This document shows, one piece after another, positions 51,632-63,293 of a stretch of 64,000 nt of DNA. The translations under genes were made by a program, and so were the position numbers. Below the pieces are notes generated by a model that was not told the DNA's origin, did no database searches, and saw nothing but the letters and a program-made list of their open reading frames with translations. The stretch's first letter is position 1; each line of letters opens with the position of its first letter. This DNA comes from the human T2T-CHM13v2.0 reference genome, Homo sapiens. The stretch lies in assembly GCF_009914755.1 (NCBI RefSeq), contig NC_060934.1; one strand, 5' to 3'.

Positions 51632-51915
51632 ATTCTCAGCAAATTAACACAAGAAAATAAAACCAAACACCGCATGTTCTCACTCATAAGTGGGAGTTGA
51701 ACAATGAGAACACATGGAAACAGGGAGGGGAACATCACACACTGGGGCCTGTCGGGGGGTCGGGGGCTAGGGAAGGGATACCGTTAGGAGAAATACCTAA
51801 TGTAGATGACGGGTCGATGGGAGCAGCAAACCACCATAGCACGTGTATACCTGTGCAACAAAACTGCACGTTCTGCACGTGTACCCCAGAACTTAAAGTA
51901 TAATAATGAAAAAAA
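51632..51915 (+). mobile_element. L1PA7-like 3' UTR fragment, CpG-rich
   Basis: aaaccaaacaccgcatgttctcactcataagtgggagttg...gatgacggg...cagaacttaaagtataataa. Confidence 0.92.
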
Positions 51916-53239
51916 GACCAAAGACGTTTTGTGTGTTTAAATTATTCTTAAAGCTGTATAAAATTAGCTTGTGAAAGTTGATCTAACTAAGATACAACAA
52001 ATAAAATGATCAGTGATATGGTAGATCTCTCTTCCTATAGAGTAGCGATATTATTTAACATGATCATTGTTTAGTTATAACAATTACTTAAAAAGAAAAT
52101 TTTGACTCCCATTTGGTATAATTTTTCTGGAATTCGGTATTAAAGTGTAACTCATATTGTTAGATATTTTTCACCTTGCATTGTCCATCACAGTATCTAC
52201 TGTATCAAATGCACAGTTCATGAATCAGATCAGCTCTTTTATATATCTGATATATCATAGTTTATTAAACTTGAAATTTTTGCGTGGAAAATATCACATC
52301 TGAGCCACTTGGAACTTTGGAGTATAGTGAAACTCCAACACACTGATTTTTTTTCTCAATCCAAATAAAGCATATTGGAAATATGTATACTTGCTTAAAA
52401 ATCGTTTCTATATAGTCAGTATTTAGGTGGATAATTCAAAAGTACTCTACCTAATATAATGTGAATACTAAGGACTAAAAAATATGATTAAATTTGGAAT
52501 CTCAATTTTAGAGTTTTTGAGATGAGTTTTTTTTTGAGAAATTAACATTAAATCATTTTCATGTTTTATAAAAATGGAACAAAGTATTCTAAAATGTAAA
52601 GAATGCTTGTCCTAATACCTAGTAAGTAATCCTTAACATAGAGCTTGAATCATGTAATAAATTGCCATTGTTCTGCCCTAAATTTTCAATGTTAAAGGTT
52701 AACACTTTTGGGTCTAATAGAATAACAAAGCAGAAGGACTCCTAAGACATTCTTCAGTTGACTAAACTGTGAGTTGGTACTGAATTGCCTACAAAAACTG
52801 GACTGAAAAAACAGTGTTTGCATTTCAGTAAGGTGAATGTAAGAAAGCCAATTATTAACTCATTAGTATTCCGCAGCTTTACTTTCAAAGGGTAGGAGAC
52901 AAAAAAATGAAAGAAGAATGTATATATAATTTTCTGTGTTTATTCTATTGACTGTGTGAAGGTACCAGGACAGAATAACATTTGGAAAAAAACAAATATG
53001 TATTCATAAATTCAGGAGACAGATTCTTTTTATGGGCAAAACATGATTTTTTTTTGATCAACTGATTCAAAAAAATAATAATATGCAAAGCAATGGTTAT
53101 TTCCATATAACCTTAGGCTTTTTCTTAATAACAACACAATTCTAATTTTTGCCTTTAGGATTCCTTTAATAATTACATGGCTAATAAACTATTGCTTTTC
53201 CTCATGCATATATAAATACTGACTTGTTCCTTATGAGAA

Positions 53240-54450
53240 CATTCCAGGGTATTATTAGAAGCATTTGTCTTGCACTTTACTCTACGCAAGCACTTTAATG
53301 ATCTCACATTGTTTGGAAATCCCAATGAGCTTTTGAGGTAAGTCTCCTAGCCTTATCATTTTACAGATTTTCATTTAAATAATAATAATACTTTTATTCC
53401 TGCATAGAGTATTATGTAATATATTTAATACATATATAATTTATACAAAAATATACATGCTATATATATATATGCACATCTCATATGCATGCTTTTTAAT
53501 GCCTTTACATTTTTTCCTTAGTGTTTTATTTTATAATCAGTGCTTTATAAAAGGATGCATTCCTTTTGAAAACTATGCTTCCTTCAGCTACTAGGAACAC
53601 AGTATGGTATATGGAAAGAAAAAATGAAAACCTCTGACAACACTTGCAGCTAATATTTATTAGATTCTTTTTGCTTCATAAAGTGCATAACAAATTTGCA
53701 TGCATTTTACTCATATGATCTCTCACATCAAGCGGTAATGGTGGATATGTTTGTTATTGCTCCTATTTAACAGATGAGAGTACTGAAATATAAAAAGGTA
53801 AGTAAGTTTCCCAAGCAACTAAGCAAGTATAAGTCAAGATCTGAAACATAACAATGTGTCTGTGGAATCTGATTTTTAAATACTGTTAATCACTTTAACA
53901 GCACTAATTTGGCAATAACTTATTTCAAAAGCTGCTTCCTTTCTCTAAGCCTCAATTTCTTCATATTAAAATTTCAGTATGAATATTGCAACTTTTAGGA
54001 TACTCATAGCACAAATATTATGTTTAAATTAGTGATTATCTTAGTACTGAGAGTAATGGTGCCAATAATAATAGTTTCCATTTACTAAGTCTCTACTGTA
54101 TACCAGAAGCACTGTGAACATTACTTCCTCTAACCTGCATAACACATCCCCAAGACGAACATTTCACATTTTATAGTTAGAAAAATTAAGAATCAGAGAA
54201 ATTAATTTTCCCAAGATCATGTAACTAGGACATAGAGTATCTGGAGTTAACATCCTACTGTATGTGACTCAAAGATATTTATTTTCTTATCACCAAACAT
54301 TGTAAGTAATTTTTACTGTATTTTACACATCAAAAACCTTAGCCAGCACACTATCATACATTTACTGAAACAGAGTAGATATCCTTATCTTTCACTTAGA
54401 GGCATTGCAGCATGGTTAAGGGCAATGCTCTTGAAGTCAATATAGTACCA
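53240..54450. mobile_element. Cluster of MIR fragments in both orientations
   Basis: cattttacagat; aacagatgagagtactgaa; ctctaagcctcaatttcttcat; catttactaagtctctactgtataccag; gcattgcagcatggttaaggg. Confidence 0.6.
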
Positions 54451-54910
54451 TGGAATTAAAAACAAGAAAAAAACTGGGCAAGCCTCAGTCATACTCTACT
54501 ACAGATGCTCTTTGACTTATGATGAGATTATATTCAATAAACCCATCATAAGTTAAAATACCCTAAGCCTAAGATGGATTTCATCTACCCAACCTACTAA
54601 ATGTCATAGCATAACATAGCCTACCTTAAATGTGCTCAGACCACTTATATTGGTCTACATTTGGGCAAAATCAAATGCTTATTTCATAATTAAGTGTTGA
54701 ATATCTGATGTGATTCATTGAATATGGCACTGAAGTGAAAAACAGAATGGTTATAGGGGTGTTCATCATTTATGTACATAACTGAAAGCACAGTGGACAT
54801 AAAGAGTGTTTGAAGCATTGAACTAAAATTAATCGCCGGATGATGGAGATGCTACAGCAACAGAGTCACCAATTTCTCCTTCTTCTGATGAGGTTCAAAA
54901 ATAGCTGGTA

Positions 54911-55232
54911 CAGGTTGAGTAACCCTTACCTGAAATGCTTGGGAAAAGAAGTGTTTCAGATTTCAGATTTTTTTGAATATTGGAATATTTGTATTACATA
55001 ATGAGATATCATGGAAAGGGGACCCATGTCAAAATGCAAAAGTCATTTACATTTCACGTATACACACATAGCCTAAAGGTAATTTTAAATGATATTTTAA
55101 ATAATTTTGTGATATTTTTACATGAGGTCGTATGTTGAATTTTCTTCCTGTGACATCATGTTGGTGCTCAAAAATTTTCAGATTTTAGAGAATTTCAGAT
55201 TTCAAATTTTCAGATTAGGGATGTTCCACCTG
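54911..55232. mobile_element. Tigger4b (MER46B/Zombi) nested in Tigger5
   Basis: TA-caggttgagtaaccctta...tagggatgttccacctg-TA. Confidence 0.88.
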
Positions 55233-55274
55233 TAGAAGAAACTGGTTATTGACACTTATTGATGGTCTAGAGTT

Positions 55275-55578
55275 TGATATGGTTTCTCTGTGTCCCCACC
55301 GAAACCTCATCTTGAATTGTAGCTCCCATAATTTCCACGTGTTGTGGGAGGGACCCAGTGGGAGATAATTGAATCATGGGGGTGGTTTCCCCCATACTGT
55401 TCTCGTGGTAGTGAATAAGTCTCTTGAGATCTGATGGTTTTATAAGGGTTTCCCCTTTCACTTGGCTCTCATTTTCTCTCTTGTCTGCCACCATGAAAGA
55501 TGTGCTTTTTGTCTTCCACCATGATTGTGAGGCCTCCCCAGCTATGTGGATCTGTGAGTCCATTAAACCTCTTTTTCT
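55275..55578 (+). mobile_element. THE1B solo LTR missing its 3' terminal about 55 bp
   Basis: tgatatggttt...ggagataattgaatcatgg...cccccatactgttctcgtggtagtgaataagtctc; stops after attaaacctctttttct. Confidence 0.92.
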
Positions 55579-56389
55579 GAATTCACAGTGTTCTTTGGAA
55601 AGATAGCAAGTATTGATTGTACAGCTTATTTCTTATTATTACATATCTTTCTGTAACAAGCAAGAGCACTGTGTCTCTGCCTGTCAGTTCTCATGAGTCT
55701 CTCCTAATCGACGTGCCATTTCTTTAACATCTGTATGCCACTGCTGAATGCAGCAAAGGCCTCCACAGGTTTCTTTGCTGTACACTTTCTTGGTTCCTCC
55801 GGTTTAACTTCTTCCTCTGCCTCAACTTCTTTACTTCTTTCTTCCTACAGTTTGATCACTTGAAAACTCAGTGCCAACAAACCCATGAATATCCTCTTCA
55901 TCAATACCCAATTTTAGCTGTTTCTCAAGTGCTAATAACTTGTTACCTACTATTCATCAACAGCAGAGTCTTTGTTAAAGCTTTTGAATGTGTTCACATA
56001 TGTCTTCGAAACTTTCTTCCACATGCCGATCATGCACTGCTGTGTGACTTCTTCCCATGCTGTTGCGATGTTCTGGATGGCACTTAGGATGTAAAAACTT
56101 TTCCAAAACTCTTGGAGAAGTCAGCCAGACTCAGTCACTTCACTAATCTACACAAATCCTTGGCATAAATATACTTTGAAGGGAGCTATTGCTCCTTGTT
56201 CCATTGGTTGAATGAATGTGGTTTTGTTCAGTTTCAAATACACAGTCAAAAAAATTGCTTTTATTTCTGTTTGTTTATTCACTTTTCCTGATTGTCTTTA
56301 TGCAGAGCCCTAAAGAAGTTAGTGGTAAAGCCAAACCCTTGACATCAGCAGAACTTTGAGCAGCATATTTGGTTCTTCATTTCTCCTGA

Positions 56390-57238
56390 AAAGAGTGATA
56401 GCCAAAGAACATATCTACCCTGATGCCCTGGGAAAAGTTAATAGTTTGGCTGACAGTACTTGAACATAATTGGAGCATCGGTGACAGGGAGGACTGAAGA
56501 AGATTTATGTGATTAATTCTCTCTACTTGGGTACAGAGCTTAAACACATTTGTGTCACATATAGGTGCTAACCAAAGAGTAACTTCAGCAGATGGATAAG
56601 TGAAACCATTTGTAGGAGATCAAGTGGGTCCCCTTAGTACTCCCTTGTGTTGTGATCAAAGTTATTGGAAAACTACAATGGACTAACACAGGAAGAACTA
56701 CTAATGGCCAAGGCTCTTCAGGAACAAAATTTCAGGTCATTGTTTCAGACAAAAGGACCTGATGATCTGGTTAAAATAAAAGTAATAATGAAATAGGTAG
56801 TACAAGAAGGAAGCTATAAACAAGCTATGACCATGTGACCAATTGCAAACATAAGAATTGCGATAATTATGAAAAGTTCTTTCTTATTTTGGTGTGAATG
56901 TATTTCAAAAAGATTAACCAAAGTTTCCCTTTTTTCCACGTCTCCTGCCATCTAACATAAAAATGTGATAATAGTAATTAACTTTATGTCACCGTATTTA
57001 ACTCATATGATACTAAAGAGGGAGAAGTGTATCAGAAGTGGAATGAACATCGACCACTGGTGAACAAATGACTTTTGTGAGTTTGTATCCACTTTCAGAG
57101 TGATGGTTAGCGTGCTTTCAGTTGGTAGAAGTATAGATGCGTCACCTTGGAAAGAAGCATGATTTTACCGTTACCTTTATTTGGAATGTAAACGTGATTT
57201 AAAATGGAATACATTGATGTCAATTTGAGAGGTAAACT
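56390..57238 (+). mobile_element. ERVL-class internal remnant (RNase H and end of pol, with deletions)
   Basis: aattggagcatcggtgacagggagg...catttgtgtcacatataggtgctaaccaaagagtaacttcagcaga (WKIGDKE / IFVSHVNAHQR-like); gaaggaagctataaa...gctatgaccatgtgaccaattgca. Confidence 0.7.
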
Positions 57239-57682
57239 TTAGTGAAACCATATTTTTAAGAATAATTTTTTTCCTGTTAAAATTGCTGCAGCACCCATTG
57301 TACCTCGTGTGGGTACCCTGTTCTGCTCTTGCATGCTGTTGCTGATCTGCTGACTTTCCTTGTCAGTATGAAGTAGTTAGTAGCATACAGGTTAAAGGTG
57401 GTAACAGATATGGGTTACAATTATTGTCCCCATGGACTCTAATTTGGCTTCATGGATATCAGTTTGCCCTCACTCTCCTCTGATTCACACTAACTTTTCC
57501 TTCCCAGCTGCCAGCCTAGGTGACCTGCAGATTCTTCACGCCTACCACCAGAAACAGAGAGAATAGCACTTCACAGATTGCTACAACAGATCCCAGTTTT
57601 ATAGAGTTTATTTTTTACAGAAAATCTTGATTCATATTGATTATTGTGTTGTTTGTTTCCATATTAAGTCTCAACTGATGTC
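57239..57682 (+). mobile_element. ERVL LTR (LTR33/LTR41-like)
   Basis: Follows the internal remnant; caccagaaacagagagaatagcacttcacagattgct...cccagttt...ctcaactgat resembles an LTR33/41 end. Confidence 0.5.
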
Positions 57683-58466
57683 TTCAGTTTATGTGATATA
57701 TCATACGGTCACTTTATGGATAATGCATTTGGGTGATCACATTAAATTTGGAAAATAGTCTTTGAACTCCTGGAATTTTAACTCTTAGTCTCAAACCAAA
57801 CACATATCTAGTCTAACTTTCTAAAATATGACTGAAATAGATTTATATAGCTACTATATTTTTAGTTTCAAATTTTCTCTATACATTTTTAATAGCATTG
57901 TTTAATACAAGTCCCTGGATATGTTTTCTATGACCTCAAAATGTTTTGAAATTTTGGGTCAAATAAGGTATGTGAGTGCTTATTTTTTTTTCTTTGGGGG
58001 AGTGTTTTCAAATGAACTTTGAAGCCCAGTTGGACACTAACCAAACATTTAAGAAAACATACCATAACCCTTGATTTTATAAAAGAACTAATACCTGCTA
58101 ATCCAGCTCAATAATGAAAACCCAGAGATTTCATCTTTCAAATTCCAAGTTGACATTTGGTGTTGTTATTTATAATGTCAAAAGCCAGCAATTTATTTCT
58201 TAAGAGAAAATTCAAAACACCCCTTCTAGGGTTCTTGACCTCCGGATATCTTTCTGTCCACCAAGATGTCTAATAAAACATAAAGTTTCCATGATATAAA
58301 TTTAATATGGATTACTGAAATTTGAGTAAGAGTTCTTATTAAATTTAAAAGTACAGAGTATTCTTTCTTCACTAGTGTAGATGCAGGTATGGTTTCAGGA
58401 AACCTATCATAGCTTGAATATTTTAAAACTCTATTGATTTTTGAACATGGTATAGACATTTCTGGC

Positions 58467-58468
<2 letters not shown>

Positions 58469-58512
<44 letters not shown>
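58469..58512. repeat. (TG)22 microsatellite
   Basis: Direct reading. Confidence 0.97.
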
Positions 58513-58515
<3 letters not shown>

Positions 58516-59288
58516 TATTGGGGGATGATGCGTATATGTCTACCAATTAACTGTACATACAATAATATCTTGCTATCCTACAAAAATGGCATTACATTTC
58601 ATTTTAATTTTTTAATGAAGAAAGGGTTATCAAAATTTAGTTACTACTTCTGAAAATTTAATCTTAATTTTAAACTAGAAATGTCAAATGGCAAATGGGT
58701 TTTTTCCTCATTTCATGAACTGCAAACTCACATAACATATTGATGTTTGTTAAATCATTTGCAGTTTCTTAGAGGTTTTAAATAAAAATATTTACTCATG
58801 CAGAATAGTTATTTTTTAAAATTACTAACACGTAGAATAGACAGCAAATTATTAATGAAAGTATAATTTGACTTTCCATTATTTTCTTTAATTCAAAATA
58901 TTATATTCTGTCTAATTATACTCTTTAAAAATGTCATTTCATGATGCACGTGTCTACTTTATCTAACTTCCCTTAAAGCCTAAAAGACCTAAGTGAAGAT
59001 TTTACCATCAAAAGTTAAAAACTAAAGCGAGCCATTTTCCAAGAATTAGACAGTATTTTTACACAGCCATTAAATCATACCACATGACAAGGCTGATAAA
59101 CTTCATCTGTCATATGAAATTATCTAATACCCCTAAAATAAAATATAATTTTATAAATTTACCTGGTTATCTGAATAATCAGATTTTTCATTTTATGAAA
59201 TATTCTTAAATGTACAAAACATTTTAAAAATATGAATACATAAAATATGTATATTTTATACTTTAATTTGTGATAGTATGGGTTTTAA

Positions 59289-59540
<252 letters not shown>

Positions 59541-59899
59541 TAATATTCAGTCTAATTTTATATGTCTACACACAAACACACCAGTATTCCCTCACATTAG
59601 AATATTGTTATATTATTTTCTATTATTTCAAAAACATCTTATTGAACACAAAACAAAATTTTTGTCATCATTGTAGACATGACAATGCAAGCAAAAACAT
59701 ACTTGAAATTAAAAAGAATCACACTATGTATTTTTATACATGCAAGGTGAATTTTGATTAAAGATTAATTATGTTAAAAAATCTTAATCATATTAATACT
59801 CCAAACTATCCTAAATAGGCAGGTAAGTCTCATTTAAGTCTGATGCAGCTGTTATTTGTGAAACTCATGTTAATGTTAATGGTTCACTTTCTCAAAAAA

Positions 59900-60000
59900 C
59901 AGTATTTGAAATGCCTACTATGTACCTGGAGAAATTCTTGGATTACAGCAATGAATCAAAAAAGATAGTCTTTGCCCTCACAGAAATTGCATGTAATATA
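59900..60000 (-). mobile_element. L2 3' end fragment
   Basis: tatttgaaatgcctactatgtacctgg...cagcaatgaa...gtctttgccctcacagaa. Confidence 0.65.
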
Positions 60001-61098
60001 ATGATCCAAATATTCTCTATTCTGAGATAAAAGGTGCTGACAGTTGTTTGCAGAAAAATATTAGCCACAGGCTTGCATGTTTACCTTCCATCTGTCTTCT
60101 CCCTAGAGCATGGCTTCGTATTCACAGGCTTACAAAATTCTGTCTTTTTATATAGGGAATTCTTCTTGTTTTCTAACCACTTTGTTAACATGAAAACAAT
60201 TATGTGCTTTACTCATGTAATAAGATTTACAGAGGATATTTCTTTTACATATTGTTAAAATGTTAGTGCTATCTCTGAACAACTATATCACAGAATGAAG
60301 AAGGCACATCTTTGTGTAGTCTTAATTTTAACTAATAGTCAATAATTGAAAAACCCAGAAATAAATTAATCTCTGATTCCTTCTAAAGAAAACATATATA
60401 TAATTATAATAATGTTCACACAGCTTCCTATCAGTGTTTTACTTGCCAACAATAATAAAGACTTTATACAAAATAGTGATTTTTAATCAGATAAATATAT
60501 AAAGTTAGCAATTTAGGATTATGTGAAAGGATAATAATTATCTGTTAATTTTAAATTGCTGGTATTTTAGTCAACTGAAAATCTATCATGAATATTAGCT
60601 GATTTACCTCTCCTGAAAAAAAAAATGAAAGCAAGGAGTAGCACACAGTTAGTTTTTTTAAAAAAGTATGAACAAGTATGAATAAAAATTATATTTTGTG
60701 AGATTTAGCTGGAATTTTGAAATTGGCTGAAATAAAATTGAAATAATTGCTTTTCTCCTGGGATTCAAAATAGACTTCAAAAAAAAAAAAAAAACAGTTT
60801 TAACTGAAACAAATCTATTCATTGTGAAACATTATTTCAAATCCATCAGGGTCCAAGGTGTTAAAAGAATATTCAAATAATACAAATAAAACATTTACTT
60901 AGCAAAACTTTCATACTTGCTATGCAATACAGAATGGAAATTCTAATAGAGGTATCAATGGTTCATCAGTAACAGAAAAACAAAGAAAACATTTGTTATA
61001 ATAGTGTTCCATAAAACTTACTCATCGAAAAGAAATTTTAGACTGATTGTTTCTAAGATTTGGTAAAGTCTCAAGTGTAGCATGAAAATTAATCACTT

Positions 61099-62150
61099 GG
61101 GGGATGGAGCCAAGATGGCCGAGTAGGAATAGCTCTGGTTTACAGTTCCCAGCGTGAGTGACGCAGAAGACAGGTGATTTCTGCATTTCCATCTGAGGTA
61201 CCGGGTTCATCTCACTAGGGAGTGCCAGACAGTGGGTGCAGGACAGTGGGTGCAGCGCACCGTGCACCAGCCAAAGCAGGGAGAGGCATTGCTTCACTCA
61301 GGAAACTCAAGGGGTCAGGGAATTCCCTTTCCTAGTCAAAGAAAGGGGTGACAGATGGCACCTGGAAAATCGGGTCACTCCCACCTTAATACTGCACTTT
61401 TCCAACGGGCTTAAAAAACGGCACACCAGGAGATTATATCCCGCACATGGCTCGGAGGGTCCTATGCCCATGGAGTCTCGCTGATTGCTAGCACAGCAGT
61501 CTGAGATCAAACTGTAAGGCGGCAGACAGGCTGGGGGAGGGGCGCTGGCCATTGCCGAGTTAGTTGTTTGATTAGGTAAACAAAGCAGCCAGGAAACTGG
61601 AACTCGGTGGAGCCCACCACAGCTCAAGGAGGCCTGCGGCCTCTGTAGGCTCCACCTCTGGGGGCAGGGCACAGACAAACAAAAAGACAGCAGTAACCTC
61701 TGCAGACTTAAACGTCCTTGTCTGACACCTTTGAAGAGAGTAGTGGTTCTCCCAGCACGCAGCTGGAGATCTGAGAATGGGCAGACTGCCTCCTTAAGTG
61801 GGTCCCTGACCTGCGAGCAGCCTAACTGGGAGGCATCCCCCAGTAGGGGCAGACTGACACCTCACACGGTCGGGTACTCCTCTGAGACAAAACTTCCAGA
61901 GGACCCATCAGGCAGCAGCATTTGCAGTTCATGAAAATCTGCTGTTCTACAGCCACCGCTGTTCTGCAGCCACTGCTGCTGATACCCAGGCAAACAGGGT
62001 CTGGAGGGGACCTCTAGCAAACTCCAACAGACCTGCAGCTGAGGGTCCTAACTGTTAGAAGGAAAACTAACAAACAGAAAGGACATCCACACCAAAAATC
62101 CATCCGTACATCACCATCATCAAAGACCAAAAGCAGACAAAACCACAAAG
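61099..62150 (+). promoter_or_regulatory. L1 5' UTR (sense and antisense promoter region)
   Basis: YY1 motif caagatggcc; SOX-type acaaa sites; many CpGs decayed to TG/CA. Confidence 0.85.
61307..61552 (-). CDS. L1 antisense ORF0-like open frame, 81 aa (expression unknown)
   Basis: MASAPPPACLPPYSLISDCCASNQRDSMGIGPSEP... matches primate ORF0 (MAGAPPPASLPPCSLISDCCASNQRDS); it is the C-terminal 81 aa of track ORF 61307..61678. Confidence 0.6.
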   Translation of the reverse strand: MASAPPPACLPPYSLISDCCASNQRDSMGIGPSEPCAGYNLLVCRFLSPLEKCSIKVGVTRFSRCHLSPLSLTRKGNSLTP

Positions 62151-63230
62151 ATGGGGAAAAAACAGAGCAGAAAAACTGGAAACTCTAAAAAGCAGAGCGC
62201 CTCTCCTCCTCCAAAGGAATGCAGTTCCTCACCAGCAACGGAACAAAGCTGGATGGAGAATGCTTTGACGAGCTGAGAGAAGAAGGCTTCAGATGATCAA
62301 ACTACTCTGAGCTGACGGAGAATGACTTTGACGAGTTGAGAGAAGAAGGCTTCAGATGATCAACTACGCTGAGCTACAGGAGGAAATTCAAACCAATGGC
62401 AAACAAGTTAAAAACTTTGAAAAAAAAAATTAGATGAATGTATAACTAGAATAACAAATGCAGAGAAGTGCTTAAAGGAGCTGATGGAGCTGAAAGCCAA
62501 GGCTCGAGAACTACGTGAAGAATGCAGAAGCCTCAGGAGCCGATGAGATCAACTGGAAGAAAGGGTATCAGTGATGGAAGATGAAATGAATGAAATGAAG
62601 CAAGAAGGGAAGTTTAGAGAAAAAAGAATAAAAAGAAACGAACAAAGCCTCCAAGAAATATGGGACTATGTGAAAAGACCAAATCTACGTCTGACTGGTG
62701 TACCTGAAAGTGACGGGGAGAATGGAACCAAGTTGGAAAACACTCTGCAGGATATTATCCAGGAGAACTTCCCCAACCTAGCAAGGCAGGCCAACGTTCA
62801 GATTCAGGAAATACAGAGAACGCCACAAAGATACTCCTCGAGAAGAGCAACTCCAAGACACATAATTGTCAGATTCACCAAAGTTGAAATGAAGGAAAAA
62901 ATGTTAAGGGCAGCCAGAGAGAAAGATTGGGTTACCCACAAAGGGAAGCTCATCAGAGTAACAGCAGATCTCTCGGCAGAAACTCTACAAGCCAGAAGAG
63001 AGTGGGGGCCAATATTCAACATTCTTAAAGAAAAGAATTTTCAACCCAGAATTTCATATCCAGCCAAACTAAGCTTCATAAGTGAAGGAGAAATAAAATA
63101 CTTTACAGACAAGCAAATGCTGAGAGATTTTGTCACCACCAGGCCTGCCCCAAAAGAGCTCCTGAAGGAAGCACTAAACATGGAAAGGAACAACAGGTAC
63201 CAGCCACTGCAAAAACAGGCCAAATTGTAA
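62151..63230 (+). pseudogene. L1 ORF1p, disrupted in the coiled coil; C-terminal 219 codons open (62571-63230)
   Basis: MGKKQSRK start; 1-bp deletions and TGA codons in 62250-62550; YVKRPNLR, RATPRHII, ARREWG and YPAKLSF motifs intact. Confidence 0.95.
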
Positions 63231-63293
63231 AGACGATCAAGGCTAGGAAGAAACTGCATGAACTAACGAGCAAAATAACCAGCTAACATCATA

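Larger units (their letters stand above)
54502..56246 (-). mobile_element. Tigger5 (MER47 family) truncated autonomous copy with two nested insertions
   Basis: TA-cagatgctctttgacttatgatg TIR and MER47-type end; the minus strand near 56170-56231 reads LNKTTFIQPMEQGAIAPFKVY, like the pogo DDD motif PNTTSLIQPMDQGVI. Confidence 0.82.

Noticed and set aside
55533-55545. PRDM9 hotspot 13-mer position in THE1B (and the equivalent sites in THE1A/THE1D)
   Set aside because: It reads cctccccagctat, not CCTCCCTNNCCAC; none of the THE1 LTRs here has the CCTCCCT core.
58226-58653. ORFs with THTH / CVCV runs
   Set aside because: Translations of the (TG)22 microsatellite.
62571-63230. 219-aa ORF as a host or domesticated gene (L1TD1-like)
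   Set aside because: Near-identical to young L1 ORF1p in its normal L1 context and starts at GTG after upstream disruptions.
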